Source: Lachnospiraceae bacterium
Lineage (GTDB): Bacteria; Bacillota; Clostridia; Lachnospirales; Lachnospiraceae
NCBI GenBank assembly: GCA_017441825.1
Contig: JAFRVD010000029.1
Coordinates: 20,738-84,737 of the forward strand
Direction: 5' to 3'
DNA length: 64,000 bases
In this document: in pieces, positions 54,511 through 63,874 of the stretch
Layout: every line of letters begins with the position of its first letter
How positions within the stretch are numbered: position 1 is the stretch's first letter
Made by a program: the position numbers and the translations under genes
Notes under the pieces: generated by a model
Told to the model about the DNA's origin: nothing
Database searches by the model: none
What the model saw: only the letters and a program-made list of their open reading frames with translations

Positions 54511-56526
54511 TTAGAACCCGGACATGTCAAAGAAGCCCTGTTTCAGAACGTCTCCCTTGATATCCGCGCTTTGTTTGATCACGTTCGCATCCCACTTCTT
54601 CGGATTTGTGATCTCATAGCCTTTTTCGAACACGGCAACAAGGAAGCCGGTCATACCCGTGGTATCCACAAGAAGGACGCCGTCCCGGATCTCATAATCC
54701 TTGCTCCAGGTCCCGGGATCCCAGCTCCAGATATAGAGCTCGTAGTCTCCGTTCAGGTACTTGTCCGCAAGGTTCACTACGTTGAATTTCCCTTCGATGA
54801 GTTCGACCTCCGTATATGTGAGGTCCTGTTCAAACACATTGGCGCCTTTCCGGAGATAAATATGGAGCACCGCTTTTCCGTCACGTACGTTCCCTTGAAG
54901 CTTCACCGCAGCAGTGTCATGGATCTCAGTCTTTGTTCCTTCGTCCCCGTTAAAGTAATAATACGCTTCGTCACAGTTCCGGGTGGTCAGCGTGATCTCC
55001 TTGTCTCCAACGAACGAGCAGTCCCGTTCAGAGACCCTGACCTCCGGATGGACGTCTTTGGAACGCGTGATGACCGCCATGCCGTTCGCCTCGAACTTAA
55101 GGTACGCGGTGCCTTTTTTGACCGCAACGCGTTCTCCCGTGAGGGCGTCGTAATAATTTCCGTCTTCAAGGTGCGGAACGGCGACCTTCACTACCTTCTC
55201 CGGGTCTGTTTCGCAGGTGTTCAGGATGAGCGCACCCTGATCGTCCGGCTTGATCTTTTCAACAATGTAATACGTCTCATATACGGATTCATAGGAATCC
55301 GCGTCGTAAAAGCGGTTGTGGAAACGGTTTCCCACCGCTGTATATTCACTTTCAAACGCATAGGAGCCAATGGCCCCCACCGTAAGCTCCTCCGTAGGCC
55401 GTGCGAGATACAGGCCTCCGAGCCCTTTCTTTGCCGCGATGACGGACCAGTATTTGGCCACGCGGACGTCGGAATAATGGGTGTTGGTGGTCACGTATTC
55501 GTCGTGGCTCTCCACCCAGGCGATGAGCTCCGAAGCGTCATCCGTCTTGAGCGCGGCATTGAGGATCTTTGAAGGGTCCTGCGTGGCAAACGCGTTCTTG
55601 AACTGGGCCGCGAAGCCATCGTCGGTGATCCTCATGTATTTCGTGTATTCGGAAAGGCTCCGCCCTAAGGGAGAGTTCAGGATCTCTCCGTAGACGTAGA
55701 GGTCCTTCCCGGTCTTTTCATGATAATAGTCCTTCGCTTTCCCGAGGACGTTGTCCCAGAAGTCGCTGGGGTAGTCCGGGTCCCCGCTGGTCTCCACATG
55801 CTTCGCGGCGTCAAACCGGAAGCCGTCGATCCCTGCGTCGATGCATTCTAAAAGGAGCGCGGTCATCCGCTCCTGGACATACGGGTTTGCCGTGTTCAGG
55901 TCCGGCAGGCAGCCGTACGCGTAGTACTGCGTTTCCGCGCCGGAGCCCGACGCGTTCTTGTTGTGGTGGAATGTGACCCCGGTCCCGTCCACATCCTCAT
56001 TCCGGTTCGCATAGATGACCGGCTCGTAAGCCGCGACCTGCGGGGAGACTGTGGGCGTCCCGTCCGGCTCGCGCTGCTCATCGTCCGTGGACGCCATGTG
56101 GTTCACTACAATATCCGCAAGGATACAGATGCCGTACTTCTCCGCTTCCCGGCATAGCTCCACGAGCTCCTCTTTGGTGCCTAAAGCCGACTGGTCGCCG
56201 ATTGAAAAGCTCAGCGGCTGGTAAAACGCCCACCACGCGGAGCCGCCGCTCTTCGGCTGCTGCACCGGCATGGTCAGCACGTTCTTGAATCCGGCGTTCC
56301 GGATGTTTTCCAGATTGATCAGGATCTCATGATACGTCCAGTTGAACGCATGAAGCGTGAGCCCGTCTCCGGCGTCTTCCGGAAGCGCGTCCACGTAGCT
56401 GTCTTCAAAATCTTTAACGTCTGGGATCTTATTCTTCCCGCAGCCCGTTGCGGCAAGCGCCAGCAGCAGGGCCAGGAGAAGGCATACCGCCCTTTTCCCG
56501 AATCGAATCATGTCAGTCCTTCTCAT
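54511..56526 (-). CDS. Alpha-amylase lipoprotein (GH13) with C-terminal beta-sandwich/CBM-like modules
   Basis: Lipobox LAATGCGK. GH13 regions DIVVNHM, GFRFDAAKH, YGEILN and WVESHD. About 250 aa of extra C-terminal sequence. Confidence 0.9.
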   Translation of the reverse strand: MRRTDMIRFGKRAVCLLLALLLALAATGCGKNKIPDVKDFEDSYVDALPEDAGDGLTLHAFNWTYHEILINLENIRNAGFKNVLTMPVQQPKSGGSAWWAFYQPLSFSIGDQSALGTKEELVELCREAEKYGICILADIVVNHMASTDDEQREPDGTPTVSPQVAAYEPVIYANRNEDVDGTGVTFHHNKNASGSGAETQYYAYGCLPDLNTANPYVQERMTALLLECIDAGIDGFRFDAAKHVETSGDPDYPSDFWDNVLGKAKDYYHEKTGKDLYVYGEILNSPLGRSLSEYTKYMRITDDGFAAQFKNAFATQDPSKILNAALKTDDASELIAWVESHDEYVTTNTHYSDVRVAKYWSVIAAKKGLGGLYLARPTEELTVGAIGSYAFESEYTAVGNRFHNRFYDADSYESVYETYYIVEKIKPDDQGALILNTCETDPEKVVKVAVPHLEDGNYYDALTGERVAVKKGTAYLKFEANGMAVITRSKDVHPEVRVSERDCSFVGDKEITLTTRNCDEAYYYFNGDEGTKTEIHDTAAVKLQGNVRDGKAVLHIYLRKGANVFEQDLTYTEVELIEGKFNVVNLADKYLNGDYELYIWSWDPGTWSKDYEIRDGVLLVDTTGMTGFLVAVFEKGYEITNPKKWDANVIKQSADIKGDVLKQGFFDMSGF

Positions 56527-56550
56527 TGTGTTCAGATTCTTTTTGAAATA

Positions 56551-56586
56551 AAGCGGGGCCTCATTCGCGAAAATGAAGCCCCGCTT
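56551..56586 (-). terminator. Hairpin after the surface-lipoprotein gene (partial terminator/attenuator)
   Basis: Minus strand: AAGCGGGGCTTCAT-TTTCGCGA-ATGAGGCCCCGCTT, followed by TATTTCAAAAAG. Confidence 0.5.
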
Positions 56587-56598
56587 CCGAGGTGCCTG

Positions 56599-57576
56599 TT
56601 ACTCCTTGAGTTCAGCAGTTACCGTAGCATCGCCGTCAAACGTGATGGTTACTACATACGTGCCGTCTGCTTCCGCAACAAGGTTGTTCTCGCCGTCGCC
56701 CCAGCTGTAGGTCCAGTCGCCGTCCGCACGGACCTTGAATTCATCGCCGGCTGCAAGCTCGACTTCGCCGACCCACTTGTTTTCGCCGTCAGCTTCCATC
56801 GGGACGTCGTCGCCGTCGCTGCCCCAGCCGGATGCCGCGAAGCCGCCCACGATACCGTAGGTATGGTCAGCAGGAACGTACTCGAGAACTTCTTCGTACT
56901 CAAGACCGTCCTTCTTTTCCTTGAGGACAAGGCCGATGCCGTAGCCGGCCTGCTCCGGAGAAGAAGCGTTCTTGTACTGTGCGATCACGAGCGTGTAGAG
57001 GCCGGGACCGCCGGTCACTACCGGGTTCGAAGCCCAGGACAGGCCGAACTCATCCGGCTCTTCCTGCCAGACAGGCATATACATGGTGGCGGGCGTCAGA
57101 GACTCTGCATGAGCCGTCTTCGGGTCAGAGATCCACTGGTCTTCTGCGTAGACCTTGTTGTCCCCGTCCACGTCGACCGTGCACTGCGCGATCTTGAACG
57201 CATAAGAGCCGTTCGCGCGGAACAGCTTGCCGTCGTTTACGTAATCCGTGGTCCAGCCGGCGTCGTTCGTACCGAAGATCAGGTCGATCTTATAAAGGTA
57301 CTTGACTTCTTTGCCGGAAAGCGCCTTGTAAAGGTCTTCGTCGATGGCCTTGACGTCATCCAGCTTGATAGCGGTCAGCGCGGACTTTTCATAAAGCTCC
57401 GTGTCCTTGCCGTTCCAGCTGTTCTCCGTGCCGTCCGACAGCAGATACTGGCCGTGTGCGACCCAGGCTGCATGTCCTTCGTCAGCAAGTGCCTTGGACG
57501 ATCCGCCGGTTCCTCCGCAGGCAGCTGCCGAAAGGACCATTGCCATTACCAATAAAACTGCCAACAGTTTCTTCAT
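56599..57576 (-). CDS. Cell-surface lipoprotein, putative alpha-glucan-binding protein
   Basis: Lipobox LSAAACGG. Trp/Tyr-rich beta modules (WGSDGDD..ENKWVGEVELAAGDEFKVRADGDWTYSWGDG) resemble starch-binding CBM-type sequences. It is the first gene of the amylase/pullulanase cluster. Confidence 0.55.
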   Translation of the reverse strand: MKKLLAVLLVMAMVLSAAACGGTGGSSKALADEGHAAWVAHGQYLLSDGTENSWNGKDTELYEKSALTAIKLDDVKAIDEDLYKALSGKEVKYLYKIDLIFGTNDAGWTTDYVNDGKLFRANGSYAFKIAQCTVDVDGDNKVYAEDQWISDPKTAHAESLTPATMYMPVWQEEPDEFGLSWASNPVVTGGPGLYTLVIAQYKNASSPEQAGYGIGLVLKEKKDGLEYEEVLEYVPADHTYGIVGGFAASGWGSDGDDVPMEADGENKWVGEVELAAGDEFKVRADGDWTYSWGDGENNLVAEADGTYVVTITFDGDATVTAELKE

Positions 57577-57605
57577 TTCAGGTTCCTCCCCTTTTGTGTA
57601 CTTGT

Positions 57606-57620
57606 GGAATGTATCATTCC
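57606..57620. promoter_or_regulatory. Perfect palindrome GGAATG-TAT-CATTCC just upstream of the lipoprotein RBS (candidate operator)
   Basis: 15-bp inverted repeat, about 30 nt 5' of the 57576 start and immediately downstream of the LacI-family gene. Confidence 0.3.
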
Positions 57621-57695
57621 CCGTTTCTTATTTATTACCGCAGCGCCGTATCCCGGGCTTCCTGCCCGTCCTACGCTGAAAGTAACCGTAGTATG

Positions 57696-58670
57696 TTACC
57701 GCCGGATCCTCATCACTTCGTAAGGAAGCGTGATGTGTTCGCCCGGCCCGCCTTCGCGGAGCCGTTCCGCGGCGGACACCGCTTCTCTTCCGATCCTGTA
57801 GAAGTCCTGCCGGCACGTGATGACGTCCGGCGCAACGTAGCCCATAAGCCTGATCCCGTCAAAGCCCGAAACCTTTACGAGTGATCCTTCCGGGAGCGCC
57901 CTCTTTGCGCCGATCGCCATAAGGTCGCTCGCACATACGATCGCGTCGTATTCCTCCCGGCAGCCCTTCACGATCTCATACGCCTCAAGCTCCGAAAATC
58001 CGCCGTTCTCCACATGAAGCTCGAGTCCCTTGTCATCCGCGAGCTTCTTCATGCCGGAAAGCCGCATGTCCGAGACGTATCCGTCCGCTTTGCCCCTGAG
58101 ATACAGGACCCGGTCTCCCGGCTCGCAGATCCGGTCCGCCGTCTCGTACTGCCCGCGCTCGTGATCGATCATGACCGTGGAGACGTCATAGCCTGTAAGG
58201 AGTGCGTCCACCAAAACGATCCGGATGCTCCCCTCTTCCGCAAGATAATGGATCTTCCGGTCGTTTTTGTTGAGCCCCACCACGATGATGGTGTCCATAT
58301 GGATGGAGTGGAAGTACCGGAGGGTATCCTCGCAGGACAGGTCTTCTATGGAGACGCTGAATATCGTGAGGAGCTCCAGATTTTCTTTCCGGGCTTCGTC
58401 GTACGCACCGAGGATATACAGCATGTTGATCTCATCGATCTGCTGAAACCGGTCGTTGATATGGATAAACAGCCCGATCCGCCTGTTCTTTTTAGAGGAA
58501 AGCGCGCTTGCGACCGTGTTCGGGATATACCCTGTCTGTTCGACCACCGCCAGAATCTTCTGTTTTGTTGCTTCTGAAACTCCCGGGTAACCCTTCAGGA
58601 CCTTCGTTACCGTACCTGCGGAAACACCGGCGAGCTCAGCCACGTCTTTGATGCCTACTCTTCCCGTCAT
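57696..58670 (-). CDS. LacI-family transcriptional regulator (MalR-like by context)
   Basis: HTH IKDVAELAGVSAGTVTKVLKG plus a sugar-binding core. Start at MTGRVG after AAGAGG. Confidence 0.85.
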   Translation of the reverse strand: MTGRVGIKDVAELAGVSAGTVTKVLKGYPGVSEATKQKILAVVEQTGYIPNTVASALSSKKNRRIGLFIHINDRFQQIDEINMLYILGAYDEARKENLELLTIFSVSIEDLSCEDTLRYFHSIHMDTIIVVGLNKNDRKIHYLAEEGSIRIVLVDALLTGYDVSTVMIDHERGQYETADRICEPGDRVLYLRGKADGYVSDMRLSGMKKLADDKGLELHVENGGFSELEAYEIVKGCREEYDAIVCASDLMAIGAKRALPEGSLVKVSGFDGIRLMGYVAPDVITCRQDFYRIGREAVSAAERLREGGPGEHITLPYEVMRIRR

Positions 58671-58784
58671 TTTCTGACCTCTTGGAGTCCGCTGAATTTC
58701 TTTTGGAAAACGATTTCCATCCGTGATTGTACACGATTGTTTTTCAGAAATCAATATCTTTTTGGTAAATTGTCACAGTTTTTT

Positions 58785-60236
58785 TCAAGTTTCTTCCGAA
58801 AAGTACTTTTTTACGTATTCCGTGTTGTCCATCGTTGCGAGATTAGCCCTGCAGACCTCCTGCACATACCGGATATCCACGTCCCGTACGTCCTTTTTCC
58901 CGCTCCCTGAAAGCTCCGCCGCGGCGGCGCCGGCGGCCTGCCCGAGTGCGCAGCAGTAGGAGATGTTCCGGGCTGCAGACAACGCGGGGTGGGTAGCGGA
59001 AAAACAGCGGCCCGCCATGAGCAGGTTTGTAAAGTCCTTCGCGTAAAGCGCCCGGAACGGGATATCGTAGCCCTCCACCCCGTCGAGCTCCCGGAGCAGC
59101 AGGCTGTTCTTCTTCCCGCTGTGGATCTCCACGCCGCCGCTGTTGCTGCAGACGGCGTCGTCATGCTTCTTAAACGATTCGATGTCCTCCTGGGTGAGGA
59201 CGTACTCGCCCCTGATGCGCCTGGACTCGCGGATGCCCATCATGCTCGCGGTGTCCATCAGGAACGACTCCTCAAAGCCCGGTATGAAGCGCTTCGCGAA
59301 ACGGTGGATCAGGTGGCAGTGCTTCCGCATCTCCGCCATGGAGGCCGAAAGCTCTACGTTACTGTCTCCGCGCCACGCCGGGTTCGTGGTCGAATTCACG
59401 AGCACATGGTTCGGATACGGCTGGCTCAGGAACAGGATGCCGCGCCGGAGCAGGATCTCCTCGTCCTCCTCGGAGAATTCGTCCCGGTGTTCACTGCAGC
59501 GGAGACGGATCAGGCGCACAAAATCCGCCATGTGCGCGTAGATCTGGTTCCTGATGTTCTCCCGGCATTCCGTCCCCGTCATCAGGTGGCGCTTATACGT
59601 GTTGTATTCCCGTACGAAGAGCTCCGGGTTTTCCTCTTCATAGCGGAACATTTTCTCAAGGTCCACGTTCCCGATCCGGAACATGAGGGTAGGCGACGAT
59701 GAATAGCTCTCCCCCTGCTCGGTCATACACTCGGCGCCGGCAAGGAATGCCATCTGGCCGTCCCCCGTGCAGTCGATATAGTACTTCGCCCGGACCGCGA
59801 TCTCTCCGTCCAGGTTGCTTAAAACGACCGCTTCGATCTCCCGCCCGTTCGTGACCACGCCGGACACGACGGTCCCGTAACGGACGTCCACGTGCTCTTC
59901 ATCGATGACCATCTGCTCCAGAATGATCTTCCCGGTCTCCGGGTCCACCGGGACCTCCGGCCGGCTGTCAAGGTAATGCGTACCCTGGTACGCGTCCATC
60001 CGCGTGATGATCTCGTGTGCGAGGCCGTAGTTGCAAGCAGACATGGCCACCTTGCTCATGAGGCCCGCCGTCATCGTGCCTCCCAGGCAGAACAGCCGCT
60101 CCGCAAGGAGGACGTCCGCTCCGGACCGCGCCGCCTGGATGGCCGCGCCAACACCTGCCGGCCCGCCGCCCGCAATAAACACGTCCACGTTTTTCACAAC
60201 AGGAATCTGATGCTCTCTGATCGTAATATGCTCCAT
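58785..60236 (-). CDS. FAD-dependent oxidoreductase (PF12831-like)
   Basis: Dinucleotide-binding motif VFIAGGGPAGVGAA. Length about 480 aa. Start at MEHITI, 9 nt after GGAGGG. Confidence 0.7.
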   Translation of the reverse strand: MEHITIREHQIPVVKNVDVFIAGGGPAGVGAAIQAARSGADVLLAERLFCLGGTMTAGLMSKVAMSACNYGLAHEIITRMDAYQGTHYLDSRPEVPVDPETGKIILEQMVIDEEHVDVRYGTVVSGVVTNGREIEAVVLSNLDGEIAVRAKYYIDCTGDGQMAFLAGAECMTEQGESYSSSPTLMFRIGNVDLEKMFRYEEENPELFVREYNTYKRHLMTGTECRENIRNQIYAHMADFVRLIRLRCSEHRDEFSEEDEEILLRRGILFLSQPYPNHVLVNSTTNPAWRGDSNVELSASMAEMRKHCHLIHRFAKRFIPGFEESFLMDTASMMGIRESRRIRGEYVLTQEDIESFKKHDDAVCSNSGGVEIHSGKKNSLLLRELDGVEGYDIPFRALYAKDFTNLLMAGRCFSATHPALSAARNISYCCALGQAAGAAAAELSGSGKKDVRDVDIRYVQEVCRANLATMDNTEYVKKYFSEET

Positions 60237-60358
60237 GTGGTATACCCTCCAGTCTGTTTTGATGCCATCATAAATCATCGGGGGAATAAGTCAAGCTATT
60301 TGGCCGGAAGGCCTGGAAAAAAGGCGTCGGTTCCGGTGATCCTCCGGGGATAACCGTC

Positions 60359-60387
60359 TTGACTTTTGACATCTTCCGAGGTAATAT
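60359..60387 (+). promoter_or_regulatory. Candidate promoter of the TetR/ABC-2 operon
   Basis: TTGACT, 17 nt, TAATAT, directly followed by the AT-rich near-palindrome ATATATCAACCGTTATATAT (a possible TetR operator). Confidence 0.45.
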
Positions 60388-60433
60388 ATCAACCGTTATA
60401 TATCATCCACTATACAACCAGAAAGGACCGCCT

Positions 60434-60994
60434 ATGCCTCCCAAAGTCCGAATACAGAAGGAAGACATTATAAACGCTGCCGTAGAGATCGTCCGGCAGC
60501 AGGGAATGGAAGCCCTGAACGCAAGAAACGTGGCCGCGGCTCTCCGCTGCTCCACCCAGCCGGTATTCTCAAACTTCGCGACGATGGACGATCTCCGCCT
60601 GGAAGTGGTACGCGCTTCTGACGCCCTCTGCCGGGAATACATCCGCCGGGAGACCGAGTCCGGCCTCTACCCTGCCTACAAATCGGCGGGCATGGCCTAC
60701 ATCCGCTTCGCGCGGGACGAAAAAAAGCTGTTTCAGCTTCTTTACATGAGGGACCGTTCATCTGAGCATTTTCCTGAAGACGACTCGCTGACTGTGGATA
60801 TGGAAAAGGAAGTGCGGGACGGTACGGGCCTTAACGCCGCGGAGTCGCAGCTCTTCCATCTCGAGATGTGGGCCTTTGTGCACGGCATCGCGTCGATGTT
60901 CGCGACAGAGTTCCTCGAGCTTGACTGGGAGCTCGTGAGCCGCATGCTCACGGACGCGTATCAGGGACTCATCAAACGTTTTGAAAAGGGGTAA
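60434..60994 (+). CDS. TetR/AcrR-family transcriptional regulator
   Basis: N-terminal HTH (KEDIINAAVEIVRQQGMEALNARNVAAALRCSTQPVFSNF). About 186 aa. Confidence 0.85.
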   Translation: MPPKVRIQKEDIINAAVEIVRQQGMEALNARNVAAALRCSTQPVFSNFATMDDLRLEVVRASDALCREYIRRETESGLYPAYKSAGMAYIRFARDEKKLFQLLYMRDRSSEHFPEDDSLTVDMEKEVRDGTGLNAAESQLFHLEMWAFVHGIASMFATEFLELDWELVSRMLTDAYQGLIKRFEKG

Positions 60995-61000
60995 GATCAT

Positions 61001-61729
61001 ATGGAAGCGATTCGGATCGAATCATTGACGAAAAAATATAAAGACGTGACGGCGGTGGACCGCCTGAGTCTCACCGTAGATCAGGGCGAGCTCTTCTCTC
61101 TCCTCGGCGTGAACGGCGCGGGCAAGACCACCACCATCAAAATGCTCTCGTGCCTGACGGAGCCCACGGAGGGGGACGCGTTCCTCCTCGGGAAGAGCAT
61201 CCTTCGGGATACTGCGGAGGTAAAGCATCTGATCGCCGTCTCCCCGCAGGAGACCGCCGTGGCGCCGCTCCTTAACGTATGCGAAAATCTCGAGCTTATG
61301 TGCGGCGTGCACGGGTTTTCAAAGGAAAAGACCCGGGAAAAGACAGCCGAACTCATCGACCGGCTGGATCTCCGGGAAGTCATGAAGAAAAAAGCCGGGA
61401 AGCTGTCCGGCGGCTGGCAGCGCCGCTTGAGCATCGCGATGGCGCTCATCAGCGAACCGAAGATCCTGTTTCTGGACGAGCCGACGCTGGGACTGGACGT
61501 CCTTGCGCGGAGCGACCTCTGGGATCTCATCCGCGCGCTTAAGGAAAAGATGACGATCATCCTGACCACGCACTACATGGAGGAAGCGGAGGCGCTCTCG
61601 GACCGCATCGCCATCATGAAAAACGGCCGGCTGCTGATCTCAGCCGACGCGGAAACGATCAAGAAAAAGGCCGGTACGGAAAACTTCGAGGAAGCGTTCA
61701 TCCGGATCGTTAAAGGAGAGACTGTATGA
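61001..61729 (+). CDS. ABC transporter ATP-binding protein (ABC-2/DrrA-like exporter subunit)
   Basis: Walker A GVNGAGKTT, signature LSGGWQRRL, Walker B LFLDEPTLGLD. Confidence 0.9.
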   Translation: MEAIRIESLTKKYKDVTAVDRLSLTVDQGELFSLLGVNGAGKTTTIKMLSCLTEPTEGDAFLLGKSILRDTAEVKHLIAVSPQETAVAPLLNVCENLELMCGVHGFSKEKTREKTAELIDRLDLREVMKKKAGKLSGGWQRRLSIAMALISEPKILFLDEPTLGLDVLARSDLWDLIRALKEKMTIILTTHYMEEAEALSDRIAIMKNGRLLISADAETIKKKAGTENFEEAFIRIVKGETV

Positions 61730-62457
61730 AAATGCTGACGTTTGCAAAAAGAAATATGAGGGAGATCCTGAGGGACCCGCTCACTCTGTTCTTCGGTCTG
61801 GGTTTCCCGCTTATACTGATCCTGCTCCTTTCCGCGATCCAGGCGAACGTGCCTGTCAACCTGTTCGAGCTCACGAAGCTGACTCCCGGCATCACGGTCT
61901 TCGGTCTGTCCTTTATGACGCTGTTCACGGCGCTCATCATCGCGAAGGACCGGGGCAGCGCGCTTTTACAGCGTCTCTACACCACGCCCATGACCGCCCT
62001 CGACTTCATCCTTGGCTACACGCTGCCCGTGATCCCCATCGCACTCGCACAGTGCGTGATCTGCTACCTCGCGTCGATGCTCCTCGGCCTCCCCTGGTCA
62101 GTCAACATCCTTTACGCGATCCTCATGAACATTCCGGCAGCGCTCCTTTACGTCGCTCTCGGGCTTCTGTTCGGCAGCATTCTCACCGATAAGCAGGTGG
62201 GCGGCGTGTGCGGCGCCCTGCTCACGAACCTTTCCGCCTGGCTCTCCGGCATCTGGTTCGACTTAGAGCTTGTGGGCGGTGCATTCAAAAAGGCCGCCGA
62301 TGTGCTCCCCTTCGTCCACGCAGTTGAGATGGAACGCGCGGTCCTTGCCGGCAATTTCTCCGGCATCTTCCCGCATCTCTTCTGGGTCCTTGGCTACACA
62401 CTGGCCGCCTTTATATTAGCTGTATTTTTCTTTCTTCGGCAGATGAAGAGGCAGTGA
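61726..62457 (+). CDS. ABC-2-type transporter permease
   Basis: 243 aa, 6 TM. The start overlaps the ATPase stop (ATGA). Confidence 0.8.
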   Translation: MKMLTFAKRNMREILRDPLTLFFGLGFPLILILLLSAIQANVPVNLFELTKLTPGITVFGLSFMTLFTALIIAKDRGSALLQRLYTTPMTALDFILGYTLPVIPIALAQCVICYLASMLLGLPWSVNILYAILMNIPAALLYVALGLLFGSILTDKQVGGVCGALLTNLSAWLSGIWFDLELVGGAFKKAADVLPFVHAVEMERAVLAGNFSGIFPHLFWVLGYTLAAFILAVFFFLRQMKRQ

Positions 62458-62541
62458 CAGACGGTGCTTTCGTTGCACCAGTTGCTCCGTGAGCAGAAAA
62501 ATCCTCACTCCGCAATCTGGTGCTTCCTCAGCACCTGTGAA

Positions 62542-63486
62542 TCACTCCCCGGGGCTTCTGACACAGTCTCCCCCGCACGTCTTCGAAATAATATACTTCG
62601 GCCGCCCCTTGATCTCCTCGTAGATCCGGGAAATGTAAAACCCGATGATCCCGAGACTGATCATGATAATGCTCGAAGAAAACGTCAGAATCAGGATGAC
62701 GGTAGTGAAGCCGGGCTGGGCGATCCCCGCAATCTTCTGGATGAGCGTGATCAGGCCGAACACTACAGATACGACAAACATGATGATGCCTAAGACGGTC
62801 ACGACCTGCATCGGCGCGGAAGAAAACGACGTCAGGTTGTTGATGGCGTACCGGATAAGAGACCGGGTGGACCACTTGGATTCGCCCGCTTCCCGCTCCT
62901 GAACGTCAAACGTAACCGTGGCCGTCTCAAAGCCGATCCAAGACGAGAGGCCGCGGAAGAACGCGTTGCGCTCCCGCATATTGATAAGCACGTCCACCGC
63001 TTTCCGGTCGAGCAGCTTGAAATCGGAAGCGTTTTCCATATCAAAGCCGGTCGCCTTGCTGATGAGGCTGTAAAACGTCTTTGCCGCGAACGAATGCGCG
63101 GCGCTCTCCGTCCCGCGGTCCGCTTTCTGGCCCTCCACCACTTCATAACCCTGTTCCCAGAGCCTGTACATTTCCACGATCTTTTCCGGCGGATGCTGGA
63201 GGTCGCAGTCGATGACCACCGCACAGTCTCCGGAAGCCGCGGCAAGGCCCGCCATGATGGCTGCTTCCTTTCCGAAATTCCTTGAGAAATGAATTCCTCT
63301 CACGTGCTCATCATCTGCGGAAGCCCGGAAGATATTCTCCCAGGTCGCGTCCTTTGACCCGTCGTCCACAAAGATCAGCTCATACGGAATGCCGGCGTCC
63401 GTCAGGACACCGCCCACCGTCTGCGCCGCTTTTTCGATCATCATCTCTTCATTATATGAAGGCAAAACTACTGAAAGAAGTCTCAT
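62542..63486 (-). CDS. Family-2 glycosyltransferase (GtrB/polyprenyl-phosphate glycosyltransferase-like, C-terminal TM pair)
   Basis: LSVVLPSYNEE, DDGSKD and DCDLQHPP motifs, plus two C-terminal TM helices. Start at MRLLSV after GAGGAA. Confidence 0.85.
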   Translation of the reverse strand: MRLLSVVLPSYNEEMMIEKAAQTVGGVLTDAGIPYELIFVDDGSKDATWENIFRASADDEHVRGIHFSRNFGKEAAIMAGLAAASGDCAVVIDCDLQHPPEKIVEMYRLWEQGYEVVEGQKADRGTESAAHSFAAKTFYSLISKATGFDMENASDFKLLDRKAVDVLINMRERNAFFRGLSSWIGFETATVTFDVQEREAGESKWSTRSLIRYAINNLTSFSSAPMQVVTVLGIIMFVVSVVFGLITLIQKIAGIAQPGFTTVILILTFSSSIIMISLGIIGFYISRIYEEIKGRPKYIISKTCGGDCVRSPGE

Positions 63487-63523
63487 AGAAGTTCCTCGCT
63501 TTCCATTCGTCTGTCCTATTCTA

Positions 63524-63816
63524 TCACACTTCCGGATCCGCCGCACCGTCTTTCTTCCGGCTTTTCCAAAGCGCCACAGAAGTCGTCACGATCACCACGA
63601 TGCATGCAAACGTCCCTACGTAATTCATGATCATGAAATTGAACACGGCATACATAAGTGCGTTCGCGATGAACGCGTACCGAAGCCCGCCGCATAAAAG
63701 AACTGGGACAGAAGCTGGATCCCGAGGATCTCGTTCCGCTTCTTTCTGGTCCCGCTCACGGAATCCGACACCATCGCCGCAAGCGCACAGATATTGCCGA
63801 CTAAAATGTCATTCAT
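63524..63816 (-). pseudogene. Small 3-TM membrane protein gene apparently interrupted by a 1-nt frameshift
   Basis: The ORF MNDILVGNICALAAMVSDSVSGTRKKRNEILGIQLLSQFFYAAG leaves a hydrophobic helix mid-way near 63690. The adjacent frame continues LRYAFIANALMYAVFNFMIMNYVGTFACIVVIVTTSVALWKSRKKDGAADPEV-stop at 63524. Confidence 0.4.
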
Positions 63817-63874
63817 AAAGAATTACTTTGCCTCAAATAAACCGTATTCCTTCGGGAGGCCGAAGTCCTGCCTT

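Noticed and set aside
53055-57555. Plus-strand ORFs of 330-410 aa (53055-54053, 54469-55572, 56329-57555) opposite the pullulanase, amylase and lipoprotein genes
   Set aside because: Each is antisense to a gene with complete GH13 catalytic regions or lipoprotein signals. No independent coding evidence.
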